Positions 20,658-32,501 are shown, counted from the first letter of the stretch. The stretch: DNA of 63,789 nucleotides from Thermodesulfobacteriota bacterium (GCA_036397855.1 DASWID010000136.1:1-63789); one strand, 5' to 3'. Made by a program: numbers and translations. Notes: generated from the letters alone by a model not told the origin.

Positions 20658-21575
20658 TCATTCTGCATTTATAATTGCATCCACTACCTTAGCAACTCGA
20701 TTCATATGCCGCACATCGTGTACCCTGATAATCGAGGCACCATTCATTATCCCTATTGCCACAGTAGCGGAAGTACCTTCTAATCTGTCGTCTAAGTTAT
20801 TAGAGCCAATTATTTTACCGATAAATGATTTTCTTGAAGTGCCGATCAACACTGGCTTTCTAAGAACAAGTAATTGATTTAGGTACTTCAGAAGTTTGAG
20901 ATTTTGTTCAGTGGTTTTTCCAAAGCCAATGCCGGGATCTACGATTATACTGTATGGTGACACCCCAGCGCTCTCTGCGAATTCCACGGAATCGCTAAGT
21001 GATTTAATTATATCGTGAATAATCGATTCATAATGGGTCATATTCTGCATGTCTATTGGATGAGAAGAGGTATGCATGATAACAAGTCCTGCCTCGTTAG
21101 CCGCCACTGTATTTGCAATCCCTGGATCAAATGTAAGTCCACTAATATCGTTTACTATAGACGCGCCTTCTTCTAAAGCCTCTTTGGCTACCTTTGACTT
21201 GGTTGTATCTATTGACACTGGAACATTGAAGCGCTTTACAGCCGCTTTGATTACAGGTATGACTCGCTCAAGTTCTACTCTTTCAGAAACACCGTATGAG
21301 CCAGGCCTCGTTGATTCTCCCCCAATATCTATGATATCCGCCCCATCTTTAATCATTCTATCTATATGGCTTAGGGCTTTGTCTATTTCAAGATACCTTC
21401 CACCGTCAAAGAATGAATCGGGTGTTACATTAAGAACGCCCATGATAAGCGTTTTGGAGCTAAGATCGAAACTAAAACCTCTGAGTCTTAGATCATTGGA
21501 CTCGATTTCGCGACAAACCAATTGTTCTTTTTCTGTAGAGATAACCTTGTCAACTTGAGATATGCTTTCTTGCAT
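20658..21575 (-). CDS. folP: dihydropteroate synthase
   Basis: GVLNVTPDSFFDGG and DIGGESTRPG motifs. Confidence 0.9.
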   Translation of the reverse strand: MQESISQVDKVISTEKEQLVCREIESNDLRLRGFSFDLSSKTLIMGVLNVTPDSFFDGGRYLEIDKALSHIDRMIKDGADIIDIGGESTRPGSYGVSERVELERVIPVIKAAVKRFNVPVSIDTTKSKVAKEALEEGASIVNDISGLTFDPGIANTVAANEAGLVIMHTSSHPIDMQNMTHYESIIHDIIKSLSDSVEFAESAGVSPYSIIVDPGIGFGKTTEQNLKLLKYLNQLLVLRKPVLIGTSRKSFIGKIIGSNNLDDRLEGTSATVAIGIMNGASIIRVHDVRHMNRVAKVVDAIINAE

Positions 21576-21686
21576 AAAAAATGCTTGCTTGCTTTTTACT
21601 TACAGATTTTTAGGCAATCGCAATCCAAAGGTCAGCAAATTTTGGATTAGATAATAACTTGCAGTTGGGTAGCTCTTTGAGAGCAA

Positions 21687-23576
21687 TTATGTGCTGGAAT
21701 CATCGATCTTTGTTCTCAACGCTACTGTACTCTGTTGACTAAGCCCGCTCTCCCAAGAGGGATAGTTCTTCCTATTTTGCTTCACGAGCTCGTCGAGTTC
21801 TTTGCCATCTACTACCTCTTTGTCAAGCAAGACTTCGGCAAGTTTGTGGAGTAAGTCTATATTTTCCTCTAGGAGAGTCTTTGCCTTCCTATAGCTTTCA
21901 TTTACAATCCTTTTTATTTCGTTATCGATTTCGAGGGCAGTCGCTTCACTGTAATCTTTACTTCGAGCAATCTCTTTCCCCAGGAATATCAGTTCCTCCC
22001 TCTTGCCAAATGTAACTGGACCAACCGTCTCGCTCATACCCCATTCGCAAACCATCTTTCTCGCTATCTCAGATGCCCTTTCGAGATCATTCCCTGCACC
22101 GCTGGTTCTTTCTGCAAACACAATTTCTTCAGCTGCCCTTCCACCAAGAAGTACCATAATTGTCTTGTTTAGATACTCTCTTGCGAGCGTGTACTTATCC
22201 TCTATAGGGAGCTGCTGTGTTACCCCGAGAGCCAAGCCTCGAGGAATTATAGTCACCTTATGAATTGGATCGGTTCCGGGAGTTAGCTTGGCAACAAGAG
22301 CATGACCGCCTTCATGATAGGCTGTAATTCTTTTTTCATTATCGCTGATTATCAGACTCTTTCTCTCGACTCCCATGATAACCTTGTCCTTCGAATATTC
22401 AAAATCTTCCATGCATATTTTTGTCCTGCCAACACGAGCCGCATGCAAAGCTGCCTCATTAACTAGGTTCTCCAGGTCAGCACCTGTAAATCCGGGAGTC
22501 GAACGCGCTATTAATTGAAGGCTGACATTATCCTCAACTGGCGTGTTAGTAGTGTGCACTTTAAGTATCTCTTCTCTACCCCTGACATCAGGTCTCGGGA
22601 CGACTACCTGCCTGTCAAACCTGCCGGGTCTAAGAAGCGCCGGATCTAAGACGTCAGGCCTATTTGTAGCAGCAATTACGATAATCCCTTCGTTAGGTTC
22701 AAATCCATCCATCTCAACAAGAAGCTGGTTAAGGGTCTGTTCTCTTTCGTCGTGTCCCCCGCCGAGTCCGGCTCCCCTGTGTCGTCCCACAGCATCTAGC
22801 TCATCTACAAATATTATGCACGGAGAGTGGCGTTTTGCCTGGCCGAAAAGGTCTCGGACCCTGGATGCGCCAACACCCACAAACATCTCCACAAAATCGC
22901 TTCCACTAATTATGAAAAAAGGAACCCCTGCCTCTCCGGCTATCGCCTTCGCCAGGAGTGTTTTTCCTGTTCCCGGAGGCCCTACGAGTAAAACCCCTTT
23001 TGGAATACGTCCTCCTAGTCGGGTGAATTTCTTTGGATTCTTAAGAAACTCTACAATTTCTTGAACCTCTTCTTTTGCCTCTTCTATGCCTGCAACATCT
23101 TTAAACGTGATCTTATTCTGGTTTTCTGATAGCATGCGTGCACGGTTTTTCCCAAAGGACATGGCCTTAGTACCGCCGGCCTGCAATTGCCTCATAAAGA
23201 AAACCATTATTACGATGAGAAGTATGAGTGGAGCCCAGTTCAACAAGAGGTGTGTTAAGGATCCTTCCTGTTGTTCGGCGAATTTAAACGTAACACCCTT
23301 TTCACCAAGCTTCTTTATAAGTTCGTCACTCGCTGGTCCTACCGTTTTGAATCCTTGGGATAGCTGATCTCTATCATTGGATAAAAAAGTACCCTTAATC
23401 TCTTCCCCCTTAACTTCAATATCTTTGATTTCGCCTCGGTCCAGGCTCGAAAGGAACTCACTATATGGTATCTCCAAATAATTGTTCCTCGGGGTATGGA
23501 TCAATTGGTAGAGCGCAATAATTGCCACGAATATTACTAACCATAGAATTAAATTTTTGAACAATTGGCTACTCAC
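21687..23576 (-). CDS. ftsH: ATP-dependent zinc metalloprotease FtsH
   Basis: GPPGTGKT Walker A, second region of homology, HEGGH zinc site. Confidence 0.97.
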   Translation of the reverse strand: MSSQLFKNLILWLVIFVAIIALYQLIHTPRNNYLEIPYSEFLSSLDRGEIKDIEVKGEEIKGTFLSNDRDQLSQGFKTVGPASDELIKKLGEKGVTFKFAEQQEGSLTHLLLNWAPLILLIVIMVFFMRQLQAGGTKAMSFGKNRARMLSENQNKITFKDVAGIEEAKEEVQEIVEFLKNPKKFTRLGGRIPKGVLLVGPPGTGKTLLAKAIAGEAGVPFFIISGSDFVEMFVGVGASRVRDLFGQAKRHSPCIIFVDELDAVGRHRGAGLGGGHDEREQTLNQLLVEMDGFEPNEGIIVIAATNRPDVLDPALLRPGRFDRQVVVPRPDVRGREEILKVHTTNTPVEDNVSLQLIARSTPGFTGADLENLVNEAALHAARVGRTKICMEDFEYSKDKVIMGVERKSLIISDNEKRITAYHEGGHALVAKLTPGTDPIHKVTIIPRGLALGVTQQLPIEDKYTLAREYLNKTIMVLLGGRAAEEIVFAERTSGAGNDLERASEIARKMVCEWGMSETVGPVTFGKREELIFLGKEIARSKDYSEATALEIDNEIKRIVNESYRKAKTLLEENIDLLHKLAEVLLDKEVVDGKELDELVKQNRKNYPSWESGLSQQSTVALRTKIDDSST

Positions 23577-23702
23577 AATTACCTCAATTTATTTGGAAAT
23601 AGACACTAAAATGATAGCATAAGTAAAATTGGTTTTCAATATTAGTTGTTAACATTAATTTACATGATGGAGTAGGGTTTCTGACAGTTCATTCTTTAAC
23701 TA

Positions 23703-24632
23703 TTACCGATTAAAAACACCTGTACTCAAGTATCTTTCCCCAGTATCACAAAACACAGTTAAGACCTGCTTACCGGGTCCAAGCCTCTCGGCAATCCTGG
23801 CAGCAGCGAGTCCATTAGCCCCTGCGGATATTCCTACAAGGAGTCCCTCTTTTCTCGCTATAAGCCTTGTAAACTTCTTTGCCTCCTCTCCCGTTATAGT
23901 AATGATCTCATCGTAGATACTCGTATTCAAGATTTCTGGAATAAAACCCGCACCAATTCCTTGAATCTCGTGAACACTTGCTTTTTTCCCCGATAGAACA
24001 GCACATTCTGCAGGTTCAACAGCTACGATGAGAATATTAGGAAATTTTTCCTTGAGGACCGCACCTGTCCCGGTGATAGTTCCACCGGTTCCAACGCCGG
24101 CAACAAATGCGTGGATCTCGCCCGGAAACTGCTCAAGTATTTCGGGTGCTGTAGTCTTCCTGTGTGTCTCAGGATTTTCTGGGTTTTTAAATTGCTGCGG
24201 CATGAATGCATCGGAATTATTGCAAACTATCTCTTCGGCTTTTCTTACCGCTCCTTCCATCTGTTCCTCAGCGGGGGTAAGGATCAGTTCTGCCCCATAT
24301 GCAGCTAAAAGCAATCTTCTTTCAATACTCATGTCATCGGGCATCGTGAGTATTAACCTATAGCCTTTTACTGCACAAACAAGGGCAAGCCCAATACCGG
24401 TGTTACCACTTGTAGGTTCTACCACGATTGTCTTTGAAGGATGTATTTTCTTTTCCCTTTCTGCGGCCTCAATCATGCCTAAACAGATCCGTTCTTTAAC
24501 ACTTCCTGCGGGGTTCATGTTTTCAAGTTTGGCCCAAACTGTTGCTGAGGACTTGGGAATAAGTCTATTGAGCTTTATGATATAGGTGTCTCCAATTAGA
24601 TCTAAAATATTATCGACTGGGGGTCTTATCAC
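23703..24632 (-). CDS. cysK: cysteine synthase (O-acetylserine sulfhydrylase)
   Basis: NPAGSVKER PLP-lysine and SGNTGIGLA motifs. Confidence 0.85.
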   Translation of the reverse strand: MIRPPVDNILDLIGDTYIIKLNRLIPKSSATVWAKLENMNPAGSVKERICLGMIEAAEREKKIHPSKTIVVEPTSGNTGIGLALVCAVKGYRLILTMPDDMSIERRLLLAAYGAELILTPAEEQMEGAVRKAEEIVCNNSDAFMPQQFKNPENPETHRKTTAPEILEQFPGEIHAFVAGVGTGGTITGTGAVLKEKFPNILIVAVEPAECAVLSGKKASVHEIQGIGAGFIPEILNTSIYDEIITITGEEAKKFTRLIARKEGLLVGISAGANGLAAARIAERLGPGKQVLTVFCDTGERYLSTGVFNR

Positions 24633-24868
24633 CGCTTTCTCCGGGTCTTATTATCCATACCTATTATTGATGACTTATATGGATCGAGCGCTTCGCATCA
24701 GAAATATTTCAAAAAATAATTTTCAGGAATAATAGAAAATGAAGTATCTAAAGATCCTGCTAATCCATACTTATTAAATTTGCCAATAATGATTCTATCA
24801 ACTGTGTATTGTGCCGAGAAAAACGCGCTCTTTATTTTTAAGGAACAATAGAAAAATGTAAGCGTAGC

Positions 24869-25078
24869 CTAATGAATAATCAATGACAGAATTTCGTAAA
24901 AGGCGTCTTTATCTTTATTGTTGAGTGATTTGAGGATAGTCTTAATATCTACCCACGGAACATCGGGTTTTCTAATCTCATTCTTAAGCTTTAACAAAAT
25001 GCCCTTTAACTCCTGGTCTTTAATGTCTCGGATAAACTCATCAAGTGATCTATTTCCTTGATTTTTTCGATTTTCCAT
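24869..25078 (-). CDS. small hypothetical protein
   Basis: ORF only. No convincing SD and no recognisable motif. Confidence 0.3.
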   Translation of the reverse strand: MENRKNQGNRSLDEFIRDIKDQELKGILLKLKNEIRKPDVPWVDIKTILKSLNNKDKDAFYEILSLIIH

Positions 25079-25172
25079 TGTTTAATATACTGGTAAATAA
25101 GGAGAAATACATATTTTAAAACTAATTAATACACTTAACGTTGTCAAATAAACATGGGTGTAATCATTATTG

Positions 25173-27833
25173 ATGAAAAAGAAGCAATTGAAGCACCGTC
25201 GTAATAAACCAAGAATAAAACTTTTTTTTCTCCTTTTTTTTGTTTTTGTAATATTACCCCTTTTATCTCTTTATATCGTATACTGGTATTATATATACGA
25301 TCTCCCAGATCTAACGAAAATCACAGGTTACGAACCCCCCTTAATAAACGAAATTTACTCATCTGACGGTAAGCTAATCGCGGAGTTCGCGATTCAAAAA
25401 AGAAAACTCATTCCATATGAAGAAATTCCTCAACACGTGAAAAATGCCTTTTTAGCTATAGAGGATAAGCGTTTCTTTCATCATAGGGGTGTTGATGTTA
25501 TGAGAATTATAGCTGCCCTTATAACAAACATAAAGGAAGGTGAAATTGTACAAGGAGCTAGCACCATAACTCAGCAGGTAACAAAAAATCTGGTTCTCTC
25601 ACCTGAGAAAAGCATTTCTCGAAAAATCAAAGAGGCTATTCTCGCATACAGGATGGAAAATAACCTTTCTAAAGAGGAGATATTCTATATTTATCTCAAT
25701 CATATCTATCTAGCAGATGGGACATATGGGATTGAAGCTGCGAGCAATAACTATTTCGGGAAATCATCGATGGAAATAAATATTGCAGAGGCTGCTTTTC
25801 TTGCTGGTCTACCGAAGAGACCAGAGTACTACTCGCCCCGTAAACATTTTGATAGAGCCATTAACAGGCAGAGGTTGGTGTTAAAGATCATGGAGGAAGA
25901 TAACTTTATAAGCAAAAAACAAAGACGGGAAGCCGAGGCGTATAAAATTAATATTATCCCAAAGGGCAACATGGTTATTGATGTTGCACCTTATTTTGTA
26001 GAGCTTGTAAGACAGCATGTTGAGAACATGGTAGGTGCAAAAGCATTTCGTAAAGGTGGCTACAAGATATTTACTACGCTCGATACTGATCAAAGTCTAG
26101 GAGCTCAGTGGGCATTGAGAAGGGGCATACTCGATCTTGAATCTAGAAGGGGGCATAACCTGGTTATCAAGAATTTGAATAACGAGGATAGCATAAATAA
26201 GTTCAGAGAATCACAAAAGATAGATAACATGTTAGAAGGCAATACCTACGAAGCTGTATTAATCGGTCAAGATAATGTCGACAAATTAGAAACCGTATAC
26301 AAAGCAAAAGTCGGTATAGGAAATAAAACGGGAATGCTCAACTATGCGGTTAGCTCGCCATTAGGAAGCCCCGTAAAGGGTTTGAAATCTGATTTATCTG
26401 AAAACTTTGCCCCTATAAACGGATATCACGGGGTTAGCTTGACCCCTTCCAAACTAAAAGTCGGAGATGTCATAAGAGTAAAGGTTAATGGCAGCAATGA
26501 CGGGGTCTATCGGGTTTCATTGGACGCTACGCCTAAGGTTCAAGGAGCCTTAATGGCCATGGATGTCTCTGGAAATGTAACGGCGCTGGCGGGCGGTTAC
26601 GATTTTTTAAATTCACAATTTAATAGGGTTACGCAAGCACTAAGGCAGCCAGGATCTGCATTTAAACCGTTTGTTTATGCTGCAGCGATTGCCAAGGGTT
26701 ACACCGAAACATCGGTAGTATATGATATGCCTGTTGCAATCAAAGACTGGGCGCCCAAAAACTATGACGGAGAGTATTTGGGACCGATGATTCTAAGGAA
26801 TGCCCTTGCTAAATCAAGAAATATGGCAACTGTGAGGATACTTTTAGATATAAGTCCCAGACGAGTTGTTGAATATGCAAAGAGGTTTGGATTCGAATCC
26901 CATCTATATCCTTATCCCTCTCTCGCACTCGGTGGATCCGATGTAACTCTATTAGAATTAGTAAAGGCTTATAATGTGTTTGCATCTGGCGGTAAGCTTG
27001 TAGAGCCTAGATTTATACTTCGTATATACGATCGGAACGAAAGGATGATAGAGGATAATGTTTCGGGCAAGTTAGTGTCTAATGATGAGATTCAAAGGGA
27101 GGATAGAGAAAAAAAACGCATAAAGATTTTAGAGAAGATTGCTAAGAGCATAGGCAGTACTTTTAGGAGCGGGAGTGATGACGAAGAAGAGAATTACCTT
27201 AGGGAGGAAGATATTAGCCATAAAGACTTCAACAAAGATGAAGGGTTGTCATATTTATCACCTCAAGATTTTCTCGAAGGATTAAGGTCAAAATCAGTTA
27301 GCTTGTCAGCTACAGGTTTCGGAAAGCAGGTCATAAGTCCCGAGACAGCATTTATCGTTACTGATTTACTCGAAGCAGTTATTAACGAAGGGACCGGACG
27401 GAGGGCGAGTAGTCTCAGGTCTATCGCGCCAGTTGCCGGGAAGACAGGAACTACAAATGAATTCACAGATGCATGGTTTATCGGGTTTAGTCCTCATACC
27501 ACTACTGGCGTCTGGGTAGGTAAAGATAATCACACGTCATTAGGAAAGGGTGAATCCGGTTCCAGGGCTGCTCTGCCCATATGGATGGATTTTATGCAGA
27601 CAGTCCTGAAAGAATCTCCTGGTGGTGAATTTGAGGTGCCGCGCGGGATACGATTTGCCTATACGCCTTATGGTAGTATTCCATACACTTCGGATTCATC
27701 AATTCGTGAGACGGTTACTGATATCCGAGATTCAAACAAAAACTACATGGAAAGCAGCTATGATGGGAATACAAGTAAAGCCAAAAAAACGAGTGAAGAC
27801 GAGGTTGATATTGATTTCTTATTTCGTCATTAA
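25173..27833 (+). CDS. mrcA: class A penicillin-binding protein (transglycosylase/transpeptidase)
   Basis: GT51 motifs EDKRFFHHRG, GASTITQQ and RKIKE. Transpeptidase motifs SAFK and KTGTT. ATG at 25173 preferred over TTG at 25170. Confidence 0.9.
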   Translation: MKKKQLKHRRNKPRIKLFFLLFFVFVILPLLSLYIVYWYYIYDLPDLTKITGYEPPLINEIYSSDGKLIAEFAIQKRKLIPYEEIPQHVKNAFLAIEDKRFFHHRGVDVMRIIAALITNIKEGEIVQGASTITQQVTKNLVLSPEKSISRKIKEAILAYRMENNLSKEEIFYIYLNHIYLADGTYGIEAASNNYFGKSSMEINIAEAAFLAGLPKRPEYYSPRKHFDRAINRQRLVLKIMEEDNFISKKQRREAEAYKINIIPKGNMVIDVAPYFVELVRQHVENMVGAKAFRKGGYKIFTTLDTDQSLGAQWALRRGILDLESRRGHNLVIKNLNNEDSINKFRESQKIDNMLEGNTYEAVLIGQDNVDKLETVYKAKVGIGNKTGMLNYAVSSPLGSPVKGLKSDLSENFAPINGYHGVSLTPSKLKVGDVIRVKVNGSNDGVYRVSLDATPKVQGALMAMDVSGNVTALAGGYDFLNSQFNRVTQALRQPGSAFKPFVYAAAIAKGYTETSVVYDMPVAIKDWAPKNYDGEYLGPMILRNALAKSRNMATVRILLDISPRRVVEYAKRFGFESHLYPYPSLALGGSDVTLLELVKAYNVFASGGKLVEPRFILRIYDRNERMIEDNVSGKLVSNDEIQREDREKKRIKILEKIAKSIGSTFRSGSDDEEENYLREEDISHKDFNKDEGLSYLSPQDFLEGLRSKSVSLSATGFGKQVISPETAFIVTDLLEAVINEGTGRRASSLRSIAPVAGKTGTTNEFTDAWFIGFSPHTTTGVWVGKDNHTSLGKGESGSRAALPIWMDFMQTVLKESPGGEFEVPRGIRFAYTPYGSIPYTSDSSIRETVTDIRDSNKNYMESSYDGNTSKAKKTSEDEVDIDFLFRH

Positions 27834-28357
27834 TCCAGGCTTATAAGCTGTTTTATGGAGCTAAACTTCTTTTCTCCTATTCCATCTATCTTCTCCAACT
27901 CATAAAGATTCTTAAAATTACGATTGAATTTTCTATACTCGATAATTTTTTGAGCTAATTTCGTACCTATTCCTGGTAGATTTTCGAGGTCCTCGAAAGT
28001 TGCGGAATTGATTCCGATAGGAACTCCGAGGACTAGGCTCTTTCTACCGTTCATTCTAGAGAATATTACCTTATTTTCCGCAGTGATAATCAACTTATCA
28101 CCATTCTTTGGGAGCCTATGGAGTCGATACGATTCGACAAATCTATTGGCTTCATAATCGCCATTTAATTCAACAATATATGGGGACTGATTTTCTTTTG
28201 CTATTTCAAGATAAACAGGTTTGGAAATCGGGGTTTTTTCTTTAGGAGAACTGATTTTTTGAATGTAGGTATTCAGTGAATAAAAGACCGTTATGAACAA
28301 AGACAGCAGTAAAATTGATCTGTTGTATGATTTTGCGAAATCATAATTGTCGTTCAT
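27830..28357 (-). CDS. comEA: ComEA-type helix-hairpin-helix DNA-binding protein
   Basis: N-terminal TM helix. C-terminal HhH repeats LENLPGIGTKLAQKIIEYR and LEKIDGIGEKKF. Confidence 0.75.
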   Translation of the reverse strand: MNDNYDFAKSYNRSILLLSLFITVFYSLNTYIQKISSPKEKTPISKPVYLEIAKENQSPYIVELNGDYEANRFVESYRLHRLPKNGDKLIITAENKVIFSRMNGRKSLVLGVPIGINSATFEDLENLPGIGTKLAQKIIEYRKFNRNFKNLYELEKIDGIGEKKFSSIKQLISLD

Positions 28358-28376
28358 CCTAAATCAAGCTATGGAT

Positions 28377-29168
28377 CTAATATATTCCTTTCACAGCTCC
28401 TCCGTCTACCTGTATAGTCGTTCCGGTTATATAACTTGCCCTTTCCGATGAAAGGAATACAACAAGGTCAGCTAATTCTTTCGGCTTACCAATTCTTCCT
28501 ATCGGTATGTCTTTTTCCATGGACGATAACACTTCTTCAACGCTCATATTGGCATTCTTGGCTCTGGTTTCGGCCAGGTGGATTATCCTGTCGGTAAGTA
28601 TTCTGCCAGGGCAAACATTGTTGAATAAGATATTATCCTTAGCATATTCATTGGATAATGTTTTGGTGAGGCCTATTACTCCAGCCCTTGAAGTATTCGA
28701 GAGGATTAGCCCTTCGATGGGCTGCTTAACGGCTACTGAAGTAATGTTTACAATCCTTCCCCATTTTTGTTTTCTCATGTGTGGAATTGATTCTTTCATG
28801 AAGCTTATAGTGCTCAATAGGTTAAGTCCTAAGGCTCGCTTCCAATCCTCAAGAGAGAAATCGGCAAAATATCCCAAGGGAGGTCCCCCTGCATTGTTTA
28901 TCAGAATGTGAAGCTTGGAGTACTTATGCAACGTTTCGGAAACCACGCGTTTAATGTCATCAGCATTTGAGACGTCGGCTTGGATTGGTAAAACACCTAC
29001 GCCGGCTTTGGACCTTATTTCTTCGGCAGTGTCTTCTAATGCCTCTATGCCCCTTGCACAGATGGTTAAATTCACCCCTTCCTCAGCAAGTCCCAATGCA
29101 ACGCCTTTACCCAAGCCTTTACTGGATGCTGCTACTATTGCGACCTTATTTTTTATTCCAAGATCCAT
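28377..29168 (-). CDS. SDR-family oxidoreductase
   Basis: AASSKGLGKG nucleotide loop, NNAG, classical SDR length. Confidence 0.85.
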   Translation of the reverse strand: MDLGIKNKVAIVAASSKGLGKGVALGLAEEGVNLTICARGIEALEDTAEEIRSKAGVGVLPIQADVSNADDIKRVVSETLHKYSKLHILINNAGGPPLGYFADFSLEDWKRALGLNLLSTISFMKESIPHMRKQKWGRIVNITSVAVKQPIEGLILSNTSRAGVIGLTKTLSNEYAKDNILFNNVCPGRILTDRIIHLAETRAKNANMSVEEVLSSMEKDIPIGRIGKPKELADLVVFLSSERASYITGTTIQVDGGAVKGIY

Positions 29169-29365
29169 TTTCCGATTTTTCCCCCTTTGCTTATATTAAA
29201 GTATAAGTCGAAAATGCAAAAAAAGGATATCAGGAAAAAATATATCAAGAATACATTAAAACATTCAGACTACTTCGATAAATCCGATTTAAAGAAGTTC
29301 GTGTAATGGAATTCTTTTGAAATGAATTTGAAATGAAATAGAAGACCTGGGCTGTCTTAAAGATA

Positions 29366-29713
29366 CTATTCAGACCTTTGTATACCGTTTTTTTCGATAA
29401 CCCTTCTGGATGATCCGGCAGGTTTTGGCTCGACAGCCGTTTTCTTATCGCCATCCCCGCTCGGTTTAGTCCCCTTCGTGCTGTCGGAAATTGCCGGATT
29501 ATCCTGGGCTTCGGCCCTGGGGGGGATTCCAACATTCTTTGCATAATCGGTTGAATACCAGCCATTGCCCTTTAAATGAAAGGAAGAGAGAGATACTATT
29601 CTTTGTAGTTTTCCCTTACAAATCTTGCATCTTTTAAGTGGCTTGTCATTAAAGCCCTGGAGTGCTTCGGTTATCTCGCCACATTTAGTGCACTCATATT
29701 CATATATCGGCAT
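29366..29713 (-). CDS. FmdB-family zinc-ribbon protein
   Basis: MPIYEYECTKCG ... CKICKG. Confidence 0.8.
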   Translation of the reverse strand: MPIYEYECTKCGEITEALQGFNDKPLKRCKICKGKLQRIVSLSSFHLKGNGWYSTDYAKNVGIPPRAEAQDNPAISDSTKGTKPSGDGDKKTAVEPKPAGSSRRVIEKNGIQRSE

Positions 29714-29948
29714 GTTAAGAACCTCTGATTTTGATCTTGTGGATTCTAAAATAGTTTTAATATAATGGATAAACCTTATTTTTCAAGCTCTCAGATTAAT
29801 TGATTTGAAAATAAATTAGAAGAACCTATCGTATTATGGCCAATGTATTTAGAAGGGTAGGGCAGAATATTGGAGAATATTATTCTGCCTCTATCCATGC
29901 AATTACCTTTTTTTAATATTGCATAAAGGATATTGCTCACACGTCTAG

Positions 29949-30935
29949 TTATTGTTGCTTCTTGAGGATTTCGTGCTTCATTGCCTCGATCAGGGGATCG
30001 GTATCGCCCTTTTTTATTCCTAAGGTAATGAGTTTTAGATCATGCTTATTCAAAAGCGCATGTTGTGTCAATGGTCTTATGAGGAGCTCTTCCCCATATG
30101 GGTCCGCAAATAGTCCACCATGGAGCCCAATTAAAGCGTTTTTTAATCCCAGTTTGCTGTGCACGGCATGAATATGATCAGCAAAATTATCAACTATATC
30201 CTTAACGAAATGAATTGCTAATCTGTCACCTTCGTGAGCGGCTTTAAGTACAACTTTAGAAAGACCTGCTATCTGGCTGTTAACATTGCTTTTTGTACCT
30301 GATGGCGGATAGATTAGCGGAATTATCTGGCCAAGATTCGTAACATTAAAATGATCCCTTATTCTGTGATATAGAACAGTAGGTATTTGTCCTCTCCCAT
30401 CTTCTATCTTGAGCGCAGCATCAATCGCCCTCATTCCCAATTGGTACCCCCCTGGTTCTGAGTATGTCCGAAATCCATAACCGCCCGCCCGGACATATAT
30501 CTCTTTCCCGTCCTCTGATGCCTTTCTCCTACCTATACATACGGAGCCTGTTCCAGCGATTAAAACTATCCCGATATTTCCGATTGCCATTAAAAGCAGG
30601 CTGGCGTCACTGGTAATATTGCTCAAGTTCTTACGAAAGCCATGTTTCTCAAATCCTCTTTGAATATCTCTATGAGATTTGTCTGTTCCAGCACCGGCAA
30701 ATCCACCAAGCAGAAGGGTATTCTCTATGTCCTTGATCTGAAAAGTGCATAGGATTTCTTTAATAAGCTGATTCAGACCGATAATCCCATCTTGTCTATA
30801 ATTATATGAATTGAAGTAGGTTTCTCTTATTAATCCAAACCCTATTTTACTGGTATCTGCGACAGAAGCGTGGACAACTCTAGTTTTTGAACCACCCGCA
30901 TCAATTCCAATAATGTTTATCATACCTTCAACCAA
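29949..30935 (-). CDS. BadF/BadG/BcrA/BcrD-type ATPase (N-acetylglucosamine kinase-like)
   Basis: GIDAGGSKT phosphate-1 motif and LIAGTGS. Confidence 0.7.
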   Translation of the reverse strand: MVEGMINIIGIDAGGSKTRVVHASVADTSKIGFGLIRETYFNSYNYRQDGIIGLNQLIKEILCTFQIKDIENTLLLGGFAGAGTDKSHRDIQRGFEKHGFRKNLSNITSDASLLLMAIGNIGIVLIAGTGSVCIGRRKASEDGKEIYVRAGGYGFRTYSEPGGYQLGMRAIDAALKIEDGRGQIPTVLYHRIRDHFNVTNLGQIIPLIYPPSGTKSNVNSQIAGLSKVVLKAAHEGDRLAIHFVKDIVDNFADHIHAVHSKLGLKNALIGLHGGLFADPYGEELLIRPLTQHALLNKHDLKLITLGIKKGDTDPLIEAMKHEILKKQQ

Positions 30936-31598
30936 AACTTAATCATCGATCTCACATCCTATATTAGATTAACCAAAAACCGCCGAATTTCTAAATACTT
31001 AAATTTTTTATTCTGAAAGGGTAGGGGAATATTTTAAATTAAGTCTCTTCAAGATTGATAGATTTTATTTAAAACACCGTAGAGAAAATCGACAAAGATA
31101 TTGATCGAATATTCAATTGTCATTCGGACTTATATCCTAGATTTAATTTATTTTCTTAGAATATCTAAACCATAACATAAAGTCCTGTACCTAACATACC
31201 TATATAATTCTACAATATGAGTCATTATCGTTTAAGAATTTGCACTTTTCTAAGAACTTGCGTTGATAAAAGTGGTTTAAAGCTAATGTGCCTATCATTA
31301 GAATGGTCAATGATAAGTCTTCTAAAACCAGTTGAAGTATGGAGAATTTGAAAAGGATTTAGACTATCATTCGCGCAAGAATTGCTGTAACCTGCATAAC
31401 TTATTGAAAAAAATAACTATATCCCGTAACAAGAAATTACATCGAATGTACTACAATTATTCATCAATTATATGTTATATTTTGAAATCTCAGCTAATTG
31501 AAGCAGGGTGATGCCTTGGGAAATCCACTAATATTAGTTTACATAATATATCTTATCGGACATAATATGATTACATAATCCCTGGTATATTCTGTTAT

Positions 31599-32327
31599 AT
31601 GAAGCTTAAAGATAAGACCGCTCTCATTACCGGAGGTAGCAAAGGCATTGGCAAAGGTATTGCCAAAGCCTTTCTAAAGGAAGGGGCTATTGTTATAATT
31701 TGTGGAAGAAATGAAAGAGATTTGAAAAGAACCCGCGACGATTTGAGCAAATATGGGAATATCTCATATATCAAAGCCGATATATCTAAAAGGAATCAGG
31801 TTAAATCACTGAAAAATAAGATAGAACGGATGTTTGGTAAGCTGGATGTCTTGGTGAACAATGCCAGTGTACTTGGACTTCGTAAACCTATAATGGATTA
31901 TGACGAGGATATTTGGCAAGAGACAATTCATATAAACCTGAATGCTCAATTTTTCGTGACCAAGGCGCTGCTCCCGCTATTAATGAATGCAAATAATCCT
32001 TCAATAATTAACGTTAGTTCAAGCGTTGGAAGACGCGGTAAAGGTGGATGGGGAGCCTATGCTGCATCAAAATTCGGACTTGAGGGCCTAACACAGGTGC
32101 TTGCAGATGAATTGAAGTCAAACGTACGAGTTAATTCTGTTAATCCTGGCGGTACAAGGACAGAGATGCGTGCGGAGGCTTATCCGGAGGAAGATCCTGA
32201 AACCCTTCCGACCCCGGATGATATAGCGCCAATTTTCGTATATCTAGCATCTGATGATTCAATCAGTGTGACCGGTGAAGCCTTCAATGCGAGAGATTGG
32301 ATGCGTGAACAGCAAAGTATGCAATAG
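31599..32327 (+). CDS. SDR-family oxidoreductase (YciK-like)
   Basis: TGGSKGIGKG, NNAS and YAASK motifs. Confidence 0.8.
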   Translation: MKLKDKTALITGGSKGIGKGIAKAFLKEGAIVIICGRNERDLKRTRDDLSKYGNISYIKADISKRNQVKSLKNKIERMFGKLDVLVNNASVLGLRKPIMDYDEDIWQETIHINLNAQFFVTKALLPLLMNANNPSIINVSSSVGRRGKGGWGAYAASKFGLEGLTQVLADELKSNVRVNSVNPGGTRTEMRAEAYPEEDPETLPTPDDIAPIFVYLASDDSISVTGEAFNARDWMREQQSMQ

Positions 32328-32501
32328 TCTTAGGATGATAGGCAAATAATATAATGGATTAGATTATAGTTTTGGTATAACTATTTCATTATGCAGTAAT
32401 ATATCTATTCACGATCTGAGGTCATGAAGTAAGGTATGGGATTAACAAATAGTTATAACCTACCTGAACCATTATATTAATGTTGGCCTAGGGTTCAGCA
32501 A

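Noticed and set aside
29245-29565. 106-aa ORF overlapping the 3' half of the FmdB-family gene.
   Set aside because: It is out of frame on the same strand as a well-supported CDS, and it has no SD or recognisable motif.
29861-29889. Hairpin ggcagaata-N11-tattctgcc downstream of the BadF-type ATPase gene, considered as a terminator.
   Set aside because: No U-tract follows on either strand. It may be a structural element, but I cannot support a terminator call.
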